A DNA stretch of 64,000 nt from an uncultured delta proteobacterium (GTDB taxonomy: Bacteria; Desulfobacterota; Binatia; Binatales; Binataceae): positions 640,001 to 704,000 of the forward strand of contig CAWCDG010000004.1 in the NCBI GenBank assembly GCA_963794325.1. Reading direction: 5' to 3'. Position numbers and translations under genes: made by a program. Positions 18,717-29,295 of the stretch are shown in pieces (positions within the stretch are counted from its first letter, which is position 1; each line of letters opens with the position of its first letter). The notes below the pieces were generated by a model that was not told where the DNA came from, did no database searches, and worked only from the letters and a program-made list of their open reading frames with translations.

Positions 18717-19385
18717 GTGATAAGCAATCAGCCTCAAACTGATTTGCAGCTGACTCTTCGCCTGTTGAAGGATCTCGTTCCTAATGGCCCGACTGATCCA
18801 ATCGCGTACTACAGGCGTCCGTTGATCGGACGATTCTTTCGCGAGCGAATCAATCTCGGGCTGCGAATGATCGCCGATCGCCGCTACGGCAAAGCGCTAG
18901 AGGTCGGCTATGGCGCGGGCGCAGTGCTGCTCGCGATCGCCGCAAACGTGGACGAGTTGTACGGCATCGACCTCGACGCCGACCCCGCCCCGGTCGAGGC
19001 GTGGCTACGCGGCTATGGGCGCACCGCCAGGCTGGTCCAGGGCAGCGTCTATGAATTGCCCTACGAGACGGCGGACTTCGACCTCGTCCTCAGCTTCTCG
19101 GTCTTCGAGCATCTGCATCGGTACGAGCACGCGCTCAGCGAGGTAGCACGCGTACTCAGGCCGGGTGGCCGTTTTCTTCTCGGCATGCCGGCGGTGAACA
19201 CGATGATGGAGTTGGGGTTTCGCATAATCGGATTCAAGGGCATCGAAGATCATCACGTCACCACGCCGCGAGCCGCGGCCCGCGCTTTCGATCGCGCCGG
19301 CTTGCGGATCATTCGCCACGCGCGGCTGCAGTTGATTCCCGGATTGCCGCTGTATTTCAACTGGCTGCTGGAAAAAGTCGCGTGA
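18717..19385 (+). CDS. Class I SAM-dependent methyltransferase
   Basis: ALEVGYGAG, LPYE..FDLV, VFEHL, RVLRPGG. Confidence 0.85.
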   Translation: MISNQPQTDLQLTLRLLKDLVPNGPTDPIAYYRRPLIGRFFRERINLGLRMIADRRYGKALEVGYGAGAVLLAIAANVDELYGIDLDADPAPVEAWLRGYGRTARLVQGSVYELPYETADFDLVLSFSVFEHLHRYEHALSEVARVLRPGGRFLLGMPAVNTMMELGFRIIGFKGIEDHHVTTPRAAARAFDRAGLRIIRHARLQLIPGLPLYFNWLLEKVA

Positions 19386-19418
19386 CGCGCGCGTCGCTCG
19401 AAGTGGCTCAAACCGCGG

Positions 19419-20279
19419 TTAGAGTCGTTGGCGCCGAGCCTTCGCGATCACGTTGATGCTGCTGCCGGCCGGCACCATCGCGTGGATGCTGTGTGAGTCC
19501 ATCGGCAATTCGGATCGGTGGTCGAGATGGAACATCGAATAACCGGCGCTAGTCAGCAATGACAGCAGATCGTCGAGAGATTTGCCGTGTTCCGAATAGA
19601 GATAGGGCGACAACTCCATCAGGATCGCGGGTTGGTATTTCTTCAGCGTCGCCATAGCGCCACCAAGGACGTGACACTCGAACCCGTCGACGTCCATCTT
19701 GATGAAATCGACTTTTTTCAGTCCGAGGCTCTGCAGGTGGCTGTCTAGCTTGAGCGCTCTGCAACCTTCGGTCGATTTGAGTCGGCCGCGATGACCTTGG
19801 TGCACATTTTGTTGGGTGTTCAAAGGCCAGCTCGAATAGATCTCACGTTCCGGAATGCTGTCGTCGGAATCGGTCAGCATCATTTGCGCGACGGTGACGC
19901 GATCAACGAGGACGGGATTCAGGGCGAGGTTCTGCCGGAGCTTGTGCACGGCATAGGCGGTCGGTTCATACGCGATCACTGCGCCGTTGTCGCCGACCAA
20001 TCTGGCCAGGTGGAGGGTGTGTGCACCGACGTTCGCGCCGATGTCGAGGACCGTGTCGCCCGGCTTGACGATTTTGCGGTATGCATTCACCGTCGAGCGC
20101 TCGAACGCACCCAGCAGGTAAATTGAGAGGTCGATGCCCTGCTCCAGGTCGAGGCGCCACTTGAGTCCGTCACGAATCACTTCGACTTCGTTGGAATCGC
20201 GACCGGCCAGGCTACGCGCGGCGCGAACGGTTCGCGAAAGTGCGCCGGCAATTTTGACCTTGGTATGCGTGCTTAGCAT
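19419..20279 (-). CDS. FkbM family methyltransferase
   Basis: VLDIGANVG, AYEP, FIKMDVDGFE. Confidence 0.9.
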   Translation of the reverse strand: MLSTHTKVKIAGALSRTVRAARSLAGRDSNEVEVIRDGLKWRLDLEQGIDLSIYLLGAFERSTVNAYRKIVKPGDTVLDIGANVGAHTLHLARLVGDNGAVIAYEPTAYAVHKLRQNLALNPVLVDRVTVAQMMLTDSDDSIPEREIYSSWPLNTQQNVHQGHRGRLKSTEGCRALKLDSHLQSLGLKKVDFIKMDVDGFECHVLGGAMATLKKYQPAILMELSPYLYSEHGKSLDDLLSLLTSAGYSMFHLDHRSELPMDSHSIHAMVPAGSSINVIAKARRQRL

Positions 20280-20339
20280 CGATTCGCGACAGGATAACGC
20301 AAACGTGGGCGCATCGCATCGCGCGCGCGGCTATAGTAG

Positions 20340-21368
<1,029 letters not shown>

Positions 21369-21413
21369 CTATAAGCCTGAGGCTCGAGGCCTCAGGCTCT
21401 CATCAATCGAAAG

Positions 21414-21776
21414 CTATTCGCCGGGTCGCGGCGGAATCGCTACGTAGTTGCCGGGATTCGCCGCCATCGCATCGTGAATGTCGGGATGCGCCGAGAAGAA
21501 CTTGCTGAGCTGCGGATGCTTCTTCGCATAGTCGGCGTCATTGATCAGCGCGGGATTGTGGGCAAGCTCGCTGGCAACCTTCGGATGCCCGCCCGCGAAA
21601 TCGTTCCAGGCCTTGAGCTTCTGCGCGTCGATATCGCGACCATCGGCCGCCTTGAACACGGTCGTGGTATTTCCATTCACGACAGTGCCCAGCGTTTTTC
21701 CTTCTTGCGCCATCGATGGAGCGGCGAAAGCGATTGGAAGCGCGAGTGCGATCAATAGGGTCGATATACGATTCAT
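21414..21776 (-). CDS. Secreted hypothetical protein with repeated HP motifs, paralog 1
   Basis: Signal peptide (..AFAAPSMAQ); F..HP/HP/HP pattern; ends NPGNYVAIPPRPGE. Confidence 0.75.
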   Translation of the reverse strand: MNRISTLLIALALPIAFAAPSMAQEGKTLGTVVNGNTTTVFKAADGRDIDAQKLKAWNDFAGGHPKVASELAHNPALINDADYAKKHPQLSKFFSAHPDIHDAMAANPGNYVAIPPRPGE

Positions 21777-21913
21777 GTTTTCAGCATAGTGTCTCCGATC
21801 TGAAATGCAAAAGTTTCAAGCGTGCTGTCAGGAACACAAATGCCCTTTTTGAGCGGCGGGTCGCATGCCGCTCAAACAGCCGCTAAAAGCCAGCACGATC
21901 GCAGCGCGAACGC

Positions 21914-22277
21914 TTATTCGCCGGGACGCGGAGGAATCGCGTTGTAATTGCCGGGATTCTCGGCCATCGCCTCGCGAACATCCGGATGCGCCGAGAAGAA
22001 CTGAGCCGAGTTCAGGATGCTGCTGCACAAAACTGTCGCTGTTAATCAGCGATGGCTTGTAGGCGAGTTGGCGCGCGATGTCGGGATGCTCGCTGGCGAA
22101 GCTGCCCCAGGTTTGAAGTTTCTGCATGTCGAGATCGCTGGAGTCGGCGGCCTGGAACACAATCTGGGTGCGTCCGTTGTCAACCTGGCCAAGCACTTTC
22201 CCTTCCTGCGCGAAAGCCGGTGCGGCAAATGCTATCGGGACCGCAAGTGCGAACAGCGCTTTTGATAGTCGCTTCAT
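21914..22277 (-). CDS. Secreted hypothetical protein with repeated HP motifs, paralog 2 (frameshift near 22005)
   Basis: Similar to paralog 1; alternate frame ends QFFSAHPDVREAMAENPGNYNAIPPRPGE*; span is 3n+1. Confidence 0.72.
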
Positions 22278-22410
22278 AATTTCGCTCTCCTTCGCCTGCC
22301 GAATCGTTCGGTAGGCCGATATTTTGAAGGAGCAACTCTCGTACCGACGGCTTAATCCAGAACAATTTTCTGGACGCGTGGCAGAATCTGCCGAGATGGG
22401 AAGGTATTAC

Positions 22411-23055
22411 TTACACAGTATTCGGCTTCGTCCGAATTTCGCCTTTGGTGTTTTTCGAGTAGTGCAATTTTGATGGGGCGGCAGCGCCACCCGACATAAT
22501 GAAGGTCATCGCTTCGTTGATTGTCCAATCGAGCATGACAAGGCGGCTGGTTGGCACCAGTTCCATGTAACCGGAAGTCGGATTCGGGGTGGTCGGGACG
22601 TAAACTGCGGCGATTTCTTCTCCGGTTTCGGCATCGTTAAAGATTCTGGTCACGAGACCGACGGTTTTCATTTCCGGCGACGGAAATTCGATCAAGACGA
22701 CGCGCTGCGAGCTGCCGGGCCTGGTCTGAAAGCTGGTGACGAGTTGGCGCGCGGCGCCATAGATCGATTGGACGATCGGAATTCGCGCCATCAGGTAGTC
22801 GAATGCGCCGAGCAAGCGGCGTCCCGCGACGGCGGTCGCAATCTCGCCGAGGACATACAAAGCGGCCAGGACAATAGCGACCGAGATCGTGCCTTGAAAC
22901 CATGGCGCTGAAAATCCCAGGGCGAGCGTCCTGACGAATGGACTGCCGATCGCAACCAGGACGCTCACCAGGAAACTGATCACCCAGACGGTGACAAGGA
23001 TAGGAATGGCAGTCAGAATTCCCGCCACCAGATTGCGCCGGATCTTTGCGAGCAT
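22411..23055 (-). CDS. DUF502 domain membrane protein
   Basis: AGILTAIPI, RIPIVQSIY, VLIEFP, VYVPTTPNPTSGY, IMSGG. Confidence 0.9.
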   Translation of the reverse strand: MLAKIRRNLVAGILTAIPILVTVWVISFLVSVLVAIGSPFVRTLALGFSAPWFQGTISVAIVLAALYVLGEIATAVAGRRLLGAFDYLMARIPIVQSIYGAARQLVTSFQTRPGSSQRVVLIEFPSPEMKTVGLVTRIFNDAETGEEIAAVYVPTTPNPTSGYMELVPTSRLVMLDWTINEAMTFIMSGGAAAPSKLHYSKNTKGEIRTKPNTV

Positions 23056-23152
23056 CGACCGAGTCCTATCCTCCTGCGCGCGCCAGTTCAGTCGTGCGAC
23101 GGCGCGGCGCAATTGATCAGTTTACCGATGGTTCGATCCTGAGTCCTGTCAC

Positions 23153-26100
23153 TCACCAGGTATCGATGTTGGGACGCTTCTTGCCGGCGCGCGGGGGCTT
23201 CGAAGGGGTCGATCGCAGACCCGCGACGATCCATTTGCGCGAATCGAGCGGGTCGATGACGTCGTCGATCTCGAAGTGCGACGCGGTGTTCACCGCCTTG
23301 CCGTGGCGATACATCCGATCGACCATCTCGTCGAACAGTTCCTTGCGCTTCGCGGGATCCTCGACCGCGGCGAGCTCATTGCGATAGCCAAGTTTCACGG
23401 CCCCTTCGAGTCCCATGCCGCCGAATTCGCCGGTCGGCCACGCGACGGTGAAAATCGGCGCCTTGAAGCTGCCGCCCGCCATCGCCTGCGCGCCCAATCC
23501 GTAGCCCTTGCGCAATATGATCGTGAACACAGGCACGCTGACGTTCGCGCCCGTCACGAACATCCGCGACGCATGCCGCACCAGCGCGGTCTTCTCGACC
23601 TCGGGGCCAACCATGATTCCGGGAGTGTCGCACAGGAACAGCAGCGGGATGTCGAAGGCGTCGCACAACTGCATGAAGCGCGCGGCCTTGTCGGCGCCGT
23701 TGCTGTCGATCGCACCCGCCAGATGCACCGGGTTGTTTGCGATCAATCCCACCGGACGTCCTTCGACTCTGATCAGCGACGTCACCATACCGGGGCCGAA
23801 ATGGCGGCGTATCTCGAGCACTGACCCGGCATCGGCGAGTGTCTCGATCACGGCTCGGACGTCGTAAATGCGAAGTCGATTTTCGGGAATGATCGTGCGC
23901 AGCAAACGCTGATCGGCGCATAGCCAGTCGCGAACTTCTCCCTGAAAGTACGATAGGTACTTCTTCGCTACCTCTACTGCTTCGCGCTCGTCGGCGACTG
24001 GAATGTCTACTACGCCATTAGCTACTTGCACGTCCATCGGCCCTACTTCTTCGGGGCGGAATATACCCAGTCCGCCACCTTCGATCATCGCGGGACCACC
24101 CATTCCTATGTTCGAGCCCTTGGTCGCGATTACTACATCGCAGCATCCTAGTAATGCGGCATTGCCGGCGAAGCATCGGCCCGAGTTGATACCTACTAGC
24201 GGTACCAGGCCGCTCAACTTTCCCCAGTAGTTGAATGCCATGCAGTCGAGTCCCGCGACGCCGAGTCCGTCGGTATCGCCGGGGCGTCCGCCGCCGCCCT
24301 CGGTGAAGAACACCACTGGCAGGCGCGATTTCTGCGCGATCTCGAACATCCGATCTTTCTTGCGATGGTTCTGCTGCCCCTGCGTGCCGGCGAGGACGGT
24401 GTAGTCGTACGACATCAGGACGCACTGCGCTTTTGATTCCTCGAACAGGTCGCCGTTGACGCGTCCAATCCCCGCGACCATTCCGTCAGCGGGAGTGTTC
24501 TTCACCAGGTCTTCGATCGTACGCCGCCGCCGCTGCGCCGCGATCACCAGTGCACCGTACTCGACGAACGTGGCGGGGTCGCACAGGTCGTCGATATTTT
24601 CGCGGGTAGTGCGCTGCCCCGTCTTGCGCCGGCGCGCGACCGCCTCGGGCCGCGCTTCGTCGAGGCCGAGGGCATGACGCTCAACCACTTCGGCGAGATC
24701 GGGACGCACACGATCGAGATCCACTTCGCCAGTCTCGGCCTTGTGCGACGTTTCGACATCCGCTTCTTCGATGAATGCGAGCGGATGACCTTCGAAGATC
24801 GCGTCGCCTTTGGCAACGGTGATGCGTCGCACGATTCCGCTCTTGTCGGCCGCGATGACGTGCTCCATTTTCATCGCTTCCATGACGAACAGTTGCTGCC
24901 CGCGGTGCACGCGGTCGCCCTCACTCACATCGACGGAAACGATCGTGCCTTGCATGGGGGCCTCGATCGCGACTGTGTTCTCAGGTGCCGTGATATCGTG
25001 CGCTTGCGGAGTCACGACGGTGGTGGTCGCGGCAATTGGCGACGGCGCGTTGCTCTCGGATTTCCCATGATGAAGAACGGCGAGCGGATCGCTCGCGTCG
25101 ATCTTTGCTCCTGCGCGACGTCCACCGCTCTCGGCGGTCGCTCTGGGAGCCGACGTTGGACGATCGAAGAACAACCGCCGATGTTCGGATTTTTCCCCAA
25201 TCAGCGCCGCAATGTTGTCCTCGACGAAACGCGTGTAGACACGATTCGCGATGAACTCGGGATGGCGCAGCAGGCTCTGCAGGAATCCAATGTTGGTAGG
25301 CACGCCTTCGATCCTGAATTCGCACAGCGCGCGGTAGCTCTTCGTCGCCACGTCAGCGAAGTCCGCCGAGTTCGAGTGCACGATGAGCTTGGCGAGCAGC
25401 GAGTCGAAGCTCGGGCTCGTCGTGTATCCGGCATAGGCGAACGAATCGGTGCGCACGCGCGGTCCCGACGGCGCCTCGAACGCCGTGATCGTCCCACCCG
25501 CCGGTTTCGCGCTGCCATCAGCGCGCATCGATTCCATATTGATTCGCACCTGCATCGCGAATCCGCGCGGTTTGGGAATGTCCTTTTGCTGCATTCCGAG
25601 TTCCGCGAGCGAACTGCCTGACGCAAGTTGAATCTGCAGCTTGACGAGATCGATGCCGGTCACTTCTTCCGTAACCGTGTGCTCGACCTGGAGGCGCGGG
25701 TTGGCCTCGATGAACGCAAAGCCGGCCTCATCGCTCGCGGACGCGTCCGCATTGACGAGAAACTCGAAGGTGCCGAGGTTGTCGTAACGGACCTCTTTCG
25801 CCATGCGAACCGCGGCCGCGGTCAGACGATCGCGAATCGCCGGCTCGAGTCCGGGGCTCGGCGCTACCTCGACGATCTTCTGATTGCGACGTTGGATGCT
25901 GCACTCGCGCTCCCACAAGTGGCTGACATTGCCCGAGTGGTCGCCGATGATTTGCACTTCGATGTGACGCGCACGCGGCATCAACTGCTCGACGTACACG
26001 TCGCCGACTCCGAACGACGCCCGCGCCTCTGACTGGCATCGCTTGTAGGCTTCGTCGATTTCCTCGATGCGAGAGACGGCGCGCATACCGCGTCCGCCGC

Positions 26101-26590
26101 CGCCGGCCACTGCCTTGATCATGATCGAAGCGCCGTCGCCCAGCGACGAGAAAAAACGTCGCACCTCGTCGAGGCTGGTCGCTGCCAAGGTGCCGCGCAA
26201 AATCGGCACGCCGCATCGGTCGGCCAGCGCTCGCGCCTGCACCTTGTCGCCGAAGAGCTCGAGGATTTCCGCGCGTGGTCCGACGAACGTGATGATCGCC
26301 TCGGCGCATCGCCGAGCAAAGCCGGCGTTCTCGCTGAGAAAGCCGTAGCCGGGATGGATGGCGTCGCAGCCCGCCTCTTTGGCGATCGCTATGATCTGTT
26401 CTCCATCAAGGTATGCGGCTGCGCCCGCGCCGGTGAGACGGCGAGCCTCGTCAGCTTTTCGGGTATGCAGCGAGGTAGCGTCGTCGTCCGGGAAAACAGC
26501 TACGGTGCGGATGCCCATCTCGGCGGCCGCGCGGATTATTCGAATCGCGATCTCACCGCGGTTGGCGATCAGAAGACTGTTCGGAGTCAT
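23153..26590 (-). CDS. Single-chain acyl-CoA carboxylase (biotin carboxylase-BCCP-carboxyltransferase)
   Basis: LIANRGEIA, HPGYGFLSEN, RLQVEH, EAMKM biotin site, GGGRPGD, DTPGIMVG, KGYGLG. Confidence 0.93.
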   Translation of the reverse strand: MTPNSLLIANRGEIAIRIIRAAAEMGIRTVAVFPDDDATSLHTRKADEARRLTGAGAAAYLDGEQIIAIAKEAGCDAIHPGYGFLSENAGFARRCAEAIITFVGPRAEILELFGDKVQARALADRCGVPILRGTLAATSLDEVRRFFSSLGDGASIMIKAVAGGGGRGMRAVSRIEEIDEAYKRCQSEARASFGVGDVYVEQLMPRARHIEVQIIGDHSGNVSHLWERECSIQRRNQKIVEVAPSPGLEPAIRDRLTAAAVRMAKEVRYDNLGTFEFLVNADASASDEAGFAFIEANPRLQVEHTVTEEVTGIDLVKLQIQLASGSSLAELGMQQKDIPKPRGFAMQVRINMESMRADGSAKPAGGTITAFEAPSGPRVRTDSFAYAGYTTSPSFDSLLAKLIVHSNSADFADVATKSYRALCEFRIEGVPTNIGFLQSLLRHPEFIANRVYTRFVEDNIAALIGEKSEHRRLFFDRPTSAPRATAESGGRRAGAKIDASDPLAVLHHGKSESNAPSPIAATTTVVTPQAHDITAPENTVAIEAPMQGTIVSVDVSEGDRVHRGQQLFVMEAMKMEHVIAADKSGIVRRITVAKGDAIFEGHPLAFIEEADVETSHKAETGEVDLDRVRPDLAEVVERHALGLDEARPEAVARRRKTGQRTTRENIDDLCDPATFVEYGALVIAAQRRRRTIEDLVKNTPADGMVAGIGRVNGDLFEESKAQCVLMSYDYTVLAGTQGQQNHRKKDRMFEIAQKSRLPVVFFTEGGGGRPGDTDGLGVAGLDCMAFNYWGKLSGLVPLVGINSGRCFAGNAALLGCCDVVIATKGSNIGMGGPAMIEGGGLGIFRPEEVGPMDVQVANGVVDIPVADEREAVEVAKKYLSYFQGEVRDWLCADQRLLRTIIPENRLRIYDVRAVIETLADAGSVLEIRRHFGPGMVTSLIRVEGRPVGLIANNPVHLAGAIDSNGADKAARFMQLCDAFDIPLLFLCDTPGIMVGPEVEKTALVRHASRMFVTGANVSVPVFTIILRKGYGLGAQAMAGGSFKAPIFTVAWPTGEFGGMGLEGAVKLGYRNELAAVEDPAKRKELFDEMVDRMYRHGKAVNTASHFEIDDVIDPLDSRKWIVAGLRSTPSKPPRAGKKRPNIDTW

Positions 26591-26745
26591 ATTTCTCTCG
26601 TCTCGTTTTGAGTACGCGGAAACCTCGCGCCTCAACTTGTATCTAAAGCATGAGCAGCCCGCCGCGCGAAAGCGCAGAATGCACCTGTGCATATATGTCG
26701 TTGAGCGGGTGCCGAGCCACGGCTATAGTTTTGAGAACTGATCGC

Positions 26746-27636
26746 ATGCGATTCTGCATTAAACACGTCACCCGATACGTTTACGAACAGCCCGCATCCC
26801 ATTCTCACAACGACGTGCGCTTAACTCCAATCGACGCGCCGGATCAGAAGCGTATCTGTTTCAGGCTCGACGTCACGCCGGCCGCCGAGATTTCCGAGTA
26901 TCATGACGCCTTCGGCAACCTTACGCATTCGATAGATATCCAGCCGCCTCACACCGAGCTGATCATCAGCTCGACCTCGATCGTGGATCGGATCGCTGTG
27001 CCCGCTCAACACTCGGCGCGGATCACGTTTCATGACTATCTGAACGATGACGCGGCCAGGATGAAAGAGTACTCGGATTTTTTGAATCCGAGCCGCTATG
27101 TACCATTCAGCGATCGATTGCGAAGATTTTTCTGGTCTGTACGGCCCCAGTTATCCGAAGACGTTACGGCTTACACAGAGCGCATGATGCTCTACGTGCG
27201 AAATCAATTTGGCTACGACGGCGGCACTACTCATGTACATTCGACCGTCGATGACATACTCACGACGGGTGGTGGAGTATGTCAGGACTTCGCGCATCTT
27301 AGCATAGGTCTGCTGCGTCTGGCCGGAATTCCTGCGCGATATGTCTCAGGCTACTTGGCGCCTGATCCCGGCATGAAGGCTAACTCTCCCCCGCCGGAAT
27401 TGGCCAGCCACGCGTGGATCGAAGCGCTTCTGCCAGGCATCGGTTGGACGGGTTTCGATCCGACCCACCGGACCCGCACTATGATACGCCACCTACGACT
27501 TGCGGTCGGCAGAGACTACAATGACTTACCACCTGTGTCGGGTGTCTATAACAGTGGTGGCGGCGGCCGTCGCATGGCTTATGAGTTAGAAGTAAGTCTT
27601 GCCAATCAGGAGAGTTCCGAGGAGTTAACCGGATAG
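26746..27636 (+). CDS. Transglutaminase-like protein (bacterial N-terminal domain plus core)
   Basis: IKHVTRYVY, DAFGN, GVCQDFAH, ARYVSGY, SHAWIE, GFDPT, GRDY. Confidence 0.92.
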   Translation: MRFCIKHVTRYVYEQPASHSHNDVRLTPIDAPDQKRICFRLDVTPAAEISEYHDAFGNLTHSIDIQPPHTELIISSTSIVDRIAVPAQHSARITFHDYLNDDAARMKEYSDFLNPSRYVPFSDRLRRFFWSVRPQLSEDVTAYTERMMLYVRNQFGYDGGTTHVHSTVDDILTTGGGVCQDFAHLSIGLLRLAGIPARYVSGYLAPDPGMKANSPPPELASHAWIEALLPGIGWTGFDPTHRTRTMIRHLRLAVGRDYNDLPPVSGVYNSGGGGRRMAYELEVSLANQESSEELTG

Positions 27637-27642
27637 AAGTGT

Positions 27643-28521
27643 CTAGGACTTGATTTCTTCCACGCCGTCCAGTCTCTTCGACAGATCGATCGGATCGCCT
27701 AGTGATACCTGGTGAGGATCGACCTGGTAGGCCCATACCTCGAAGTTAGTCATCCTGGCGGGGCCATACATGGTCGCAAAGGCACATTCGACGGCGTCAA
27801 GGCCTTGCGCGATCTTTATCCGGCCTATCCTGGGTTCGTTGTAGCGTGCATCGAAGACGTGCCACTGGCCGCCAAGGTACACTTCGCTGTAAGCGTGAAA
27901 ATCCATCGGCGATCCGGGATCCACGTGCCCTATGTCAGGTAGATGACCTGTGACATAGCGCGCCGGTAGGTTGATCGCGCGGCAAAGCGCGATCGTGCAA
28001 TGAGCGAAGTCGCGGCACACGCCGTAGCCTCGGTCGATAATTTGCGCCGCTGAGATGTCAGGCCTTCCCGAAGCGAAGCGGTACTCGATGTTGTTATGAA
28101 CCCAGTCAGAGATGGCTTGCACCTGCGCGCTTGCATCGTAGATATGTCCGAACTTCTCGCGCGCGAAGACAAACAGTTTGTCCGAATCGCAATAGCGGCT
28201 GGGTAACAGGTAGCGCAATAGTGATGGCTCAAGAGTGGCGATTGAGGGAGCGCTTCCGAATTGCGCGGACCTGTCGGATGCGGTGGGCACCTCGACCATC
28301 GCGTCGTGCCGAATTTCGTTGAGCCCGGTTCCGAGAATTATCCTATAGACAGTATTGCCGTCGGTGTCGGAGAAAGATTCGAATTTCGTAGCGCGGCCGA
28401 AATCCAGAGTTTCCTGCCGAATGGGTCGGTCGGGGTCTGACCGCGGATTGACGAGAAGAATAACCGTCGCCGACGTTTCACATTCGAAGTAGATGCTGCA
28501 GCCGACGCGAACCGTGAGCAT
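27643..28521 (-). CDS. Transglutaminase-like protein
   Basis: YLLPSRYCDSD, GVCRDFAH, PARYVTG, PMDFHAYSEV, FDAR..PRIGRI. Confidence 0.92.
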   Translation of the reverse strand: MLTVRVGCSIYFECETSATVILLVNPRSDPDRPIRQETLDFGRATKFESFSDTDGNTVYRIILGTGLNEIRHDAMVEVPTASDRSAQFGSAPSIATLEPSLLRYLLPSRYCDSDKLFVFAREKFGHIYDASAQVQAISDWVHNNIEYRFASGRPDISAAQIIDRGYGVCRDFAHCTIALCRAINLPARYVTGHLPDIGHVDPGSPMDFHAYSEVYLGGQWHVFDARYNEPRIGRIKIAQGLDAVECAFATMYGPARMTNFEVWAYQVDPHQVSLGDPIDLSKRLDGVEEIKS

Positions 28522-28522
28522 C

Positions 28523-29146
28523 TTATCCGCCCTTGCTGACTCGATCGAAGAAATCGGCGAACAGCGGAAGATAAAGCTCGTCCCGCTCGGGATGATATTG
28601 CACTCCTATCGCGTAAGGATGCGACCGCAGCCGCGCCTGCTCGACGATTCCATCGCTCGCCGACCACGCCTCGACTTCCATCTCGTCAGCCAACTTCTCG
28701 AGCGCCTGATGATGCGAGCTGTTCACCGCCGCGAATCGATGTATCGATTTCGAGCTGTGGCGGAGAGGCTGGATGTTTTCCCTCTCAAAATTATCGTGGC
28801 CGGGAATATCGATATGCAAAGTCCCTCCCAGCGCTACATTCAGGAGTTGCAAGCCCCGGCAGATCGCGAGGATGGGCTTTCCCGAAGGGAGCAGCTCGCG
28901 CGCAGCCTTGAACTCCCACGCGTCGCGCGCGCAATCAGTATCGACGATCAATGACGGCTGGGCGATCGTCTGGCGCAGAAATCCGATCGAAATATCGCCG
29001 CCGCCGGTTAGCATCAACGCGTCCATCTGGCACAGATCGACCGGATGCAATCGAGCGTTATGCACCGCAAGATGCGGATAATGACTGAATATAAGCTCGA
29101 ACCAATGTTCGTCGCATTGGCGAATCCATGTCGCGATACTCGGCAT
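28523..29146 (-). CDS. Peptidase C26 / gamma-glutamyl hydrolase family (PuuD-like)
   Basis: LTGGGDI, RDAWE, AICRGLQLLNVALGGTL, VNSSHHQA, GVQYHPE. Confidence 0.9.
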   Translation of the reverse strand: MPSIATWIRQCDEHWFELIFSHYPHLAVHNARLHPVDLCQMDALMLTGGGDISIGFLRQTIAQPSLIVDTDCARDAWEFKAARELLPSGKPILAICRGLQLLNVALGGTLHIDIPGHDNFERENIQPLRHSSKSIHRFAAVNSSHHQALEKLADEMEVEAWSASDGIVEQARLRSHPYAIGVQYHPERDELYLPLFADFFDRVSKGG

Positions 29147-29295
29147 TTCCAATCCTTCTCGAAAAAGACTCGGCGGCGAGTCTCTCTCTAGAGACTACGG
29201 ATGCTTCGTGATTGTCGCAAATTCATCGGAGCTCCGCTCTTGCGACGAATCGACGGGCCACCTATGTACTGTGTGTTCGCGGGGTACCGTTGAGA

